A DNA stretch of 64,000 bases, taken from contig OY969724.1 in the NCBI GenBank assembly GCA_963702205.1, positions 2,944,001 to 3,008,000 on the forward strand. The letters run 5' to 3'. The notes beneath the pieces are model-generated. The model worked only from the letters and a program-made list of their open reading frames with translations. It ran no database searches and was not told where the DNA came from. The stretch is from an uncultured candidate division Zixibacteria bacterium. Lineage in GTDB: Bacteria; Zixibacteria; MSB-5A5; GN15; PGXB01. A program made the translations under genes and the position numbers. This document shows, in pieces, positions 58,442 to 64,000 of the stretch (its first letter is position 1; each line of letters starts with the position of its first letter).

Positions 58442-61400
58442 TTATCTTTTGATGACTAACTTCCCGCTCAAATCGCTATCTTCTGCGTACCATAAATACA
58501 CGCCTGACGCCACCGGATTGCCGGAGGAATTGGTGCCGTCCCAATAGATATCGCCGGCAGAAAAATTTAAGCTCGTCACTAACGCCCCGGTTAGAGTCGT
58601 TATATAAAGCGTCTTTCCGGCTGGAATCCCCGTGAACGTGATATGATCGTACTTGGAAACAATAAATGGATTCGGGTAGGCGTGGGCTTTGGGTTGCACT
58701 TCGAAATCGAAAACCGTACCAAAATTCGTATCATTAACCCGCGCTCTCCAGTAATATTTCCGACCGCTTTCAAGCGGTGCGTTGACCTGACAGGAAGTCA
58801 TACCGCCCGATTCCTGGGGGACATTATAAATCGCCTCCGCTAACGATACGAAAAAAGAATCCAGGGCGATCTCGAAATGATATACATTTAGAGGATCGGA
58901 ATCTACATTGACTACCTGCAGAGTCGGCCGGGTCGAACTAACCGTTGAATTATCCGGCGGCGACAGCATCAAATCATCGGTAATGGCCGAGTCATCATCT
59001 CCCCCAGTGCCCAAATCGAAATAAGCTTCGGCCGAAACAGTATTCGAAACCAATGATTGATTGTCGGCGTCATCGGAAGTTCTTATCGCAAAAAAGTAGG
59101 TTCGGGCCGGAGTCAGACCAGTAACAACGAAACTCTGGGCCGTACCCCCCGGACTGGGTGCAGGTGGGTTTGGAACGACCGTCGCCTCAGCGAAATTGGC
59201 CGATGTAATAGAATTCGCGGAATATCTAATGCTATAACTCGCAGCCGTGCCTGAAGCTCCATCATCGCCGGGAGCGGTCCAATTCAAAACCACCTCGCCG
59301 TCATTGGTTCCCGTCGCGGCGTTCAGATCATTGATCATTTCTGGCGGAGTTTCATCGACGATAGATGATCCTCCGCTGACCGCTGAATCAATATTCGAAA
59401 TCGGAGATAAATTGCTTAAGTCATCCCATGACTTAATGGCGAAAAAATAGATTACAGCCGGAGCCAGGCCGTTAACGGTAAAATCATGCGGCAATCCGGA
59501 GGGAAGGGGCGTCGGCGGATTGGATATATGTGATGCTAAATTGAAATTATACGGCGTAATTGGCTGTGTGGAATACCGTATATCATAACCTGAAGCGGTC
59601 CCAATGGTCCCGTCATCACCGGGCGCCGTCCAAATTAGCCGCACGGAACCGTCACTCGAACCCGTTATGGCGCTTAAGTCATATATGCCCGCCGGAGGGG
59701 TTATATCGGAAGTGTGATCTCCGCCGGATCCCCATGTACCCGTCCCAACCGTGTTATCCAAAGTCAGCGTATCAGTCCCACCGACGGAGCCCGGACCAAC
59801 GGTCATGGAACCATCCAAAGCGGAGTCAGAGCCTAATACCGCTTTCACTTGAAAATCATTGAAACCTGTAGAATCTCCGCTGCCCGCTTTTTCATAAAGG
59901 TAGCTTACGACTCCGTAAACTCCGCCACCCGAATCGGAAATCCCGGATATAACCAGATTGCCATAATCATTCCACAAACTGCACGCAACATTGACAACTG
60001 GTAAATCATTGTTGCCACGCACATAAATATAAAGCATTCGTTGCAACGTAACATCGGCATTGGACACACCACTTCTAAAATCAATCATTTTGTACAAAGT
60101 ATCAGGCACATAATAGGCATCCCTTATGCGGTTTCCCGTAAGGTCATTGCCAATATCTCCGGGCCAGAACTTAACGCCGTACTGGGTGACGGGGCCGGAA
60201 GCCGTATCTATTGCTATGAGCGTATCACCATAACAAGTAAAATCGCTTCCACCGGGGTCATACCCTCCATAGCGATAAAAGGCGTCGTTTGATTCCATAT
60301 GGTTGTTTCTGATCATATATTGATCGAGCGAATCGCTTTGAATAAACTGGATACCGGTAGCGAGAATCGGAACTGACCCAAGATGATATACGGTATCGAG
60401 AACTATGGAACGAATAAAATTATTTTGAATAACAATGGCACTGTCGGGTCGATCAACGTGGGCAATAATATAGAATCCGGCCACGCCCGGCCCGTATGCT
60501 TTGAAATTGGTCGTGTCCGTATGAGAATACAAGTAAATTGTATTGTCGTAAATATTGATATGACGATTGGCACTATAATAGTCAGAATTCGTCGTATTAT
60601 ACTCATCGGCCCGGCGTATCTTAAATCCTTTGGATTGCACGTTGAAGCCATAATGAACATCCCATCCACGATGGCTATTAATATAATTATCAAAAAACTC
60701 AATCGGATTCTCCGCCGTTCCCAGACACCCCTCTACTTCAAAACCACCATCGGCTCCATAATAAGTTGTTCCGGCCATGATAACATTTTCATAAAACATA
60801 CTTCCGGCATCGACCAAACGGGCAAGAATACCATAAGCATTGGCGGCCCCGTAGCAAAATTGGTCGGTCGGGTAAGTGTACATAAAATTACGGCAATCAA
60901 CGGTGACACTGCATCCATAAACTTCCACTTTACCGTATGCAACTATCCCCTGACACGGTGCATTTTCCACATTAAGATCATGGACTTTGAAATTATAATC
61001 ATCGCCGGAAATTGGTGCTTTCGCGGCCAAATGTATAACCGCCCCATCGTATGAACAACGACTGGTGTATCCGGTCACATAGCTTATATGCCGTCCCCCC
61101 CGAATTTCAATATTCTTGTTGGTGCTTCGCCAACTGGTAGTCGAACCATTGGTTGCGTTAATCGCCCGGCCCTCCGCCGGAACCGATGTTATACATTTAC
61201 CATTGGTCCCCTTGATGATTGTACTAACACCGTCGATTAAGACGCTTTTGCACCCGGCCAATTCTATACAGGTATTTCCATCAGAATTATCATCACCACC
61301 ATGAATAACCCACCCCCCTCTGATGACAACATTTTGAGCAGCAGATAGGGACCTTGCCACGCGAATTCCGTAATTATTATCGCTGCCATTGGCCCCGAAA

Positions 61401-61654
61401 ACAAGGGTATCGGTATCGAGATTGATCAAAACATTGGTGGCCCCGTCATTGACATAAATCCCGCCGGAATTGCTGGTAATCATGGTTCCCGAAAAAGTGA
61501 TGGTATCACTCGAAGCGGCGATATATGGTAAGTTGGAAGAGGAAAGAACCACCTGCCGGCCAAATGCCTGAGGTGTAACCAAAACCGGCAAGAACAATAG
61601 TATGGTCACAAAAATATTCGAAACTTGACCACTCCGATTAAGTCTTTTCATCAT
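58442..61654 (-). CDS. Large secreted protein: putative beta-helix, two FN3-like repeats and a T9SS/FlgD-like C-terminal domain
   Basis: Signal peptide, Asn/Ile/Gly-rich repeats, two WTAPGDDG..GTA..Y.IRYS modules, AYPNPF...WDGTNSSGNPVASGVY. Confidence 0.8.
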   Translation of the reverse strand: MMKRLNRSGQVSNIFVTILLFLPVLVTPQAFGRQVVLSSSNLPYIAASSDTITFSGTMITSNSGGIYVNDGATNVLINLDTDTLVFGANGSDNNYGIRVARSLSAAQNVVIRGGWVIHGGDDNSDGNTCIELAGCKSVLIDGVSTIIKGTNGKCITSVPAEGRAINATNGSTTSWRSTNKNIEIRGGRHISYVTGYTSRCSYDGAVIHLAAKAPISGDDYNFKVHDLNVENAPCQGIVAYGKVEVYGCSVTVDCRNFMYTYPTDQFCYGAANAYGILARLVDAGSMFYENVIMAGTTYYGADGGFEVEGCLGTAENPIEFFDNYINSHRGWDVHYGFNVQSKGFKIRRADEYNTTNSDYYSANRHINIYDNTIYLYSHTDTTNFKAYGPGVAGFYIIAHVDRPDSAIVIQNNFIRSIVLDTVYHLGSVPILATGIQFIQSDSLDQYMIRNNHMESNDAFYRYGGYDPGGSDFTCYGDTLIAIDTASGPVTQYGVKFWPGDIGNDLTGNRIRDAYYVPDTLYKMIDFRSGVSNADVTLQRMLYIYVRGNNDLPVVNVACSLWNDYGNLVISGISDSGGGVYGVVSYLYEKAGSGDSTGFNDFQVKAVLGSDSALDGSMTVGPGSVGGTDTLTLDNTVGTGTWGSGGDHTSDITPPAGIYDLSAITGSSDGSVRLIWTAPGDDGTIGTASGYDIRYSTQPITPYNFNLASHISNPPTPLPSGLPHDFTVNGLAPAVIYFFAIKSWDDLSNLSPISNIDSAVSGGSSIVDETPPEMINDLNAATGTNDGEVVLNWTAPGDDGASGTAASYSIRYSANSITSANFAEATVVPNPPAPSPGGTAQSFVVTGLTPARTYFFAIRTSDDADNQSLVSNTVSAEAYFDLGTGGDDDSAITDDLMLSPPDNSTVSSTRPTLQVVNVDSDPLNVYHFEIALDSFFVSLAEAIYNVPQESGGMTSCQVNAPLESGRKYYWRARVNDTNFGTVFDFEVQPKAHAYPNPFIVSKYDHITFTGIPAGKTLYITTLTGALVTSLNFSAGDIYWDGTNSSGNPVASGVYLWYAEDSDLSGKLVIKR

Positions 61655-62060
61655 TCTTCCTTCAAAAATATTTTTATTATTCAAAATAGATTTTATCCCG
61701 GATTATTGCACCCAGGCACATAACACCTATTTATGCCTATTATTGTCTCCGCACATGGTGGTGTCAACATTAAAGTTTTCGGCATCCCATTCAACTAATC
61801 TTAATGACTATTGCATATTATATACCAGCTAACAGTGAATCTCATATTCATTTGAGGCATGCATTCTTAATATCTACGCGGTTGATCGCAGGTATAAAAT
61901 CCATCTTGATTGGTGATCATTTGCTGAGCATGATGCTCAAATTCGGAGCAAATGACAAAGGCAATTTTGCCTGCGAAATAAAGCAATCCGGCATTGCTAT
62001 CGTAAAGCACCACCTATTTACTCTTATTTCGATTCACATTTGAACTTCCCTATGACAAAG

Positions 62061-62747
62061 TCAGATAATTGTAACATCCCCTTCAGGTTCTTTAATGAAG
62101 ACTCGGCGTATTTTTTTCCCTGTTTCCAATTCCATCACCCGATTAATTTTAAGGCGACCTATTTTAATATAGGTTAATTTTAAAATATCGTTAAACCCCA
62201 TCTTGTAATGCAGCGAAAGGCTGCGCTCGTTTGTAAATTCAATTAAGGCATAATGCTGTTTTATATGATTACTTTCCATATAACGCCCGACCGTCTCGCT
62301 CATTTTAAGGTATAATCCTTTTCGTCTGTCTTCCGGTAGAATCATAATGGCAAACCAGTACGTCTCATCCGCATCGAAGTTATATTCAAAACCCATACCC
62401 CTTATATAACAGCGCCCGGAACAAAGAGCCAGAAATCCTGAAGGCTCCGAACCAGGGAGGCTTGCCAAAAAGAAAACCACTTTAGCATCCTGCAAGCCAA
62501 CGGCATATTCCTCACTCCAACCGGTAATCCTGATGACATGCACGATATCTTCACGAGTGGCGATTCTGACATCTATCGAATTATTTAACTCATCTTTGAT
62601 ATTAATTCTATTGGTTCCGACTATTACCGCCTTGTTATATACTACCAATCGTCCCGGCAGCTTCCTGATTATCGAAAACAAGCACAAATCCAACCACCCG
62701 GCCTTCAGATTAGAAGCCATTTTCCTTAAATAAACCATAAGTTGCAT
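62061..62747 (-). CDS. GNAT-family acetyltransferase
   Basis: ILPEDRRKGLY and NERSLSLHYKMGF motifs. Confidence 0.75.
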   Translation of the reverse strand: MQLMVYLRKMASNLKAGWLDLCLFSIIRKLPGRLVVYNKAVIVGTNRINIKDELNNSIDVRIATREDIVHVIRITGWSEEYAVGLQDAKVVFFLASLPGSEPSGFLALCSGRCYIRGMGFEYNFDADETYWFAIMILPEDRRKGLYLKMSETVGRYMESNHIKQHYALIEFTNERSLSLHYKMGFNDILKLTYIKIGRLKINRVMELETGKKIRRVFIKEPEGDVTII

Positions 62748-62748
62748 T

Positions 62749-64000
62749 TTACGCCTCCCGATTGATTTTGCACACGGAAAACTGGAATTTGCCACGGGCG
62801 GTAAGCGGTATCTGATCTACAAAAACCACGTCATATTTCATATCAGGGCCGAAAAACCTGGGGACCGATTGGGCCATGACTTTTAGACTGTTCTCGCCGA
62901 AATCATCTGCTTTCACGACATTAAACTGAAGGTGGTCAATCCGGTCCTGAATGATCTGAGTTTGATTGAAACCGGGGATGTGAATAGTAAATGTATCCAG
63001 AATGGAGATGCCTGAAATTTGTTTTCCTTCGGGAGTATAAAGCAAATCAGAGGTCCGGCCGAAAATTCTCCCGATTCTCGGCAAAATCCTCCCGCAAGCG
63101 CATCTTCCGATTTTATGCGTAGCCAGGTCGCCAATTTCATACCGTATAAACGGCATTCCATAATTAGCCAAATCCGTAATTATCAATCGCCCGGGGATGT
63201 GTTCATCACCATCCTCGATTTCCACGTACAAACCCTCGGCGGCTATATGAAGACCGTCATGGGCTTCACATTCCGAGGCGATAATTGAGACTTCTTCGCA
63301 ACCATAACGATCGAATACGATATTCCCGAAAACCTCCTCAATTACCTTTCGCTCGTTGGGAAACAATGTTTCGGCCGTTGAGACGATGCTTTTCAGTTCT
63401 ATATCGTTTATGATTTGGTTTTTCATAAACCGGGCCAGGATAAACAAAGAATGACCGTGACCAAACAGGACTTGCGGTTTAAAACGCCGCATCCGTGCCA
63501 TAAACTCCAGCATACGTTCTTCATTCATGTTAAGCGTATCCAGAAAGATGGCCCGAGTATGAAGCGACCTGTATAATTTTTCCCGAAGGCTGCACTTCTT
63601 TTCAGTACCACCCCAAAGAGCAGCCTGTTTTGTTCCCGGGTAATAATTAGCCCAGCCGTTATGGCGATAAACCAGGGCGTGCTTGAATGTAGTGGCCATT
63701 TTATCCCAATACAACTTGAGAGGAATCCCCGTCGAACCGCCGGTTCTCTTATAATTCATTTGCTCCGCCGAATATCCTTTCGAGATTAGTCTCTCCAGAT
63801 TCTTCCGGATATCGGTCTTGGTTAAAACGGGGATTTTTTTTAAATCATCAAAAGACCTGATATCGCCAGGTTGTAAACCAATGCTTTTGAACCTGCCACG
63901 ATAAAACTCATTATTTTCATAAATGAAACGCAACAATTCGCTGATTTTATTCCACTGATTTTCCCTTATCTGATCTTCCGTATAATACTGCGACTTTAAT
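62749..64000 (-). CDS. Phenylacetate-CoA ligase / CapK family protein (5' end beyond the window)
   Basis: TGGSTGIP, DRYGCEE, TDLANYGMPFIRYEIGD, GRTSD. The frame stays open to the window edge. Confidence 0.88.
   Translation of the reverse strand, partial: LKSQYYTEDQIRENQWNKISELLRFIYENNEFYRGRFKSIGLQPGDIRSFDDLKKIPVLTKTDIRKNLERLISKGYSAEQMNYKRTGGSTGIPLKLYWDKMATTFKHALVYRHNGWANYYPGTKQAALWGGTEKKCSLREKLYRSLHTRAIFLDTLNMNEERMLEFMARMRRFKPQVLFGHGHSLFILARFMKNQIINDIELKSIVSTAETLFPNERKVIEEVFGNIVFDRYGCEEVSIIASECEAHDGLHIAAEGLYVEIEDGDEHIPGRLIITDLANYGMPFIRYEIGDLATHKIGRCACGRILPRIGRIFGRTSDLLYTPEGKQISGISILDTFTIHIPGFNQTQIIQDRIDHLQFNVVKADDFGENSLKVMAQSVPRFFGPDMKYDVVFVDQIPLTARGKFQFSVCKINREA

Noticed and set aside
61700..62050. 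Intergenic region with a 79-aa plus-strand ORF
   Set aside because: No RBS, motif or convincing structure. Probably the promoter region of the large secreted protein.
1..64000. CRISPR arrays, tRNA/rRNA genes, transposases, integrases, prophage
   Set aside because: None recognised by eye. The repeats found are protein-domain repeats, terminators or operators. A tRNAscan/Infernal run would be needed to exclude small RNAs.

Overview
Bacterial genomic window with no rRNA, tRNA, CRISPR array or recognisable mobile element. A dockerin-like C-terminal domain, a T9SS/FlgD-like C-terminal domain and the dsr gene set suggest candidate phylum Zixibacteria or an FCB-related lineage (inference). There are four blocks. 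(1) 1-7.7 kb: phosphate regulon on the minus strand (phoB, phoR, porin, pstSCAB, start of phoU) with 11-bp-periodic Pho-box-like repeats. (2) 7.9-14.5 kb: secreted and envelope genes plus nadE and trmB. It includes a secreted thioredoxin/Omp28-like protein with PKD and dockerin-like domains that the ORF track splits in two. It reads as one 467-aa selenoprotein, with an in-frame TGA in a UxxC motif followed by a SECIS-like hairpin. (3) 14.7-45.7 kb: a compact dissimilatory sulfate-reduction supercluster: qmoAB, dsrABDNLC, dsrTMKJOP, a CoA-persulfide reductase-rhodanese fusion, hemA/sirC/cobA-hemD, a YeiH-type transporter, qmoC, sat-aprBA and several uncharacterised genes. About nine copies of a Rex/CRP-like palindrome mark its promoters, and an unannotated 23-aa ORF resembling the DsrC C-terminal arm precedes dsrA. 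(4) 45.7-64 kb: an exopolysaccharide locus (Wzc-like protein, NadE-like ligase, ACP, AsnB, GNATs, deacetylase, three GT4s, a large secreted beta-helix/FN3 protein, a CapK-like ligase) containing three gene relics. Seven single-base frameshifts in conserved genes are most likely sequencing errors.
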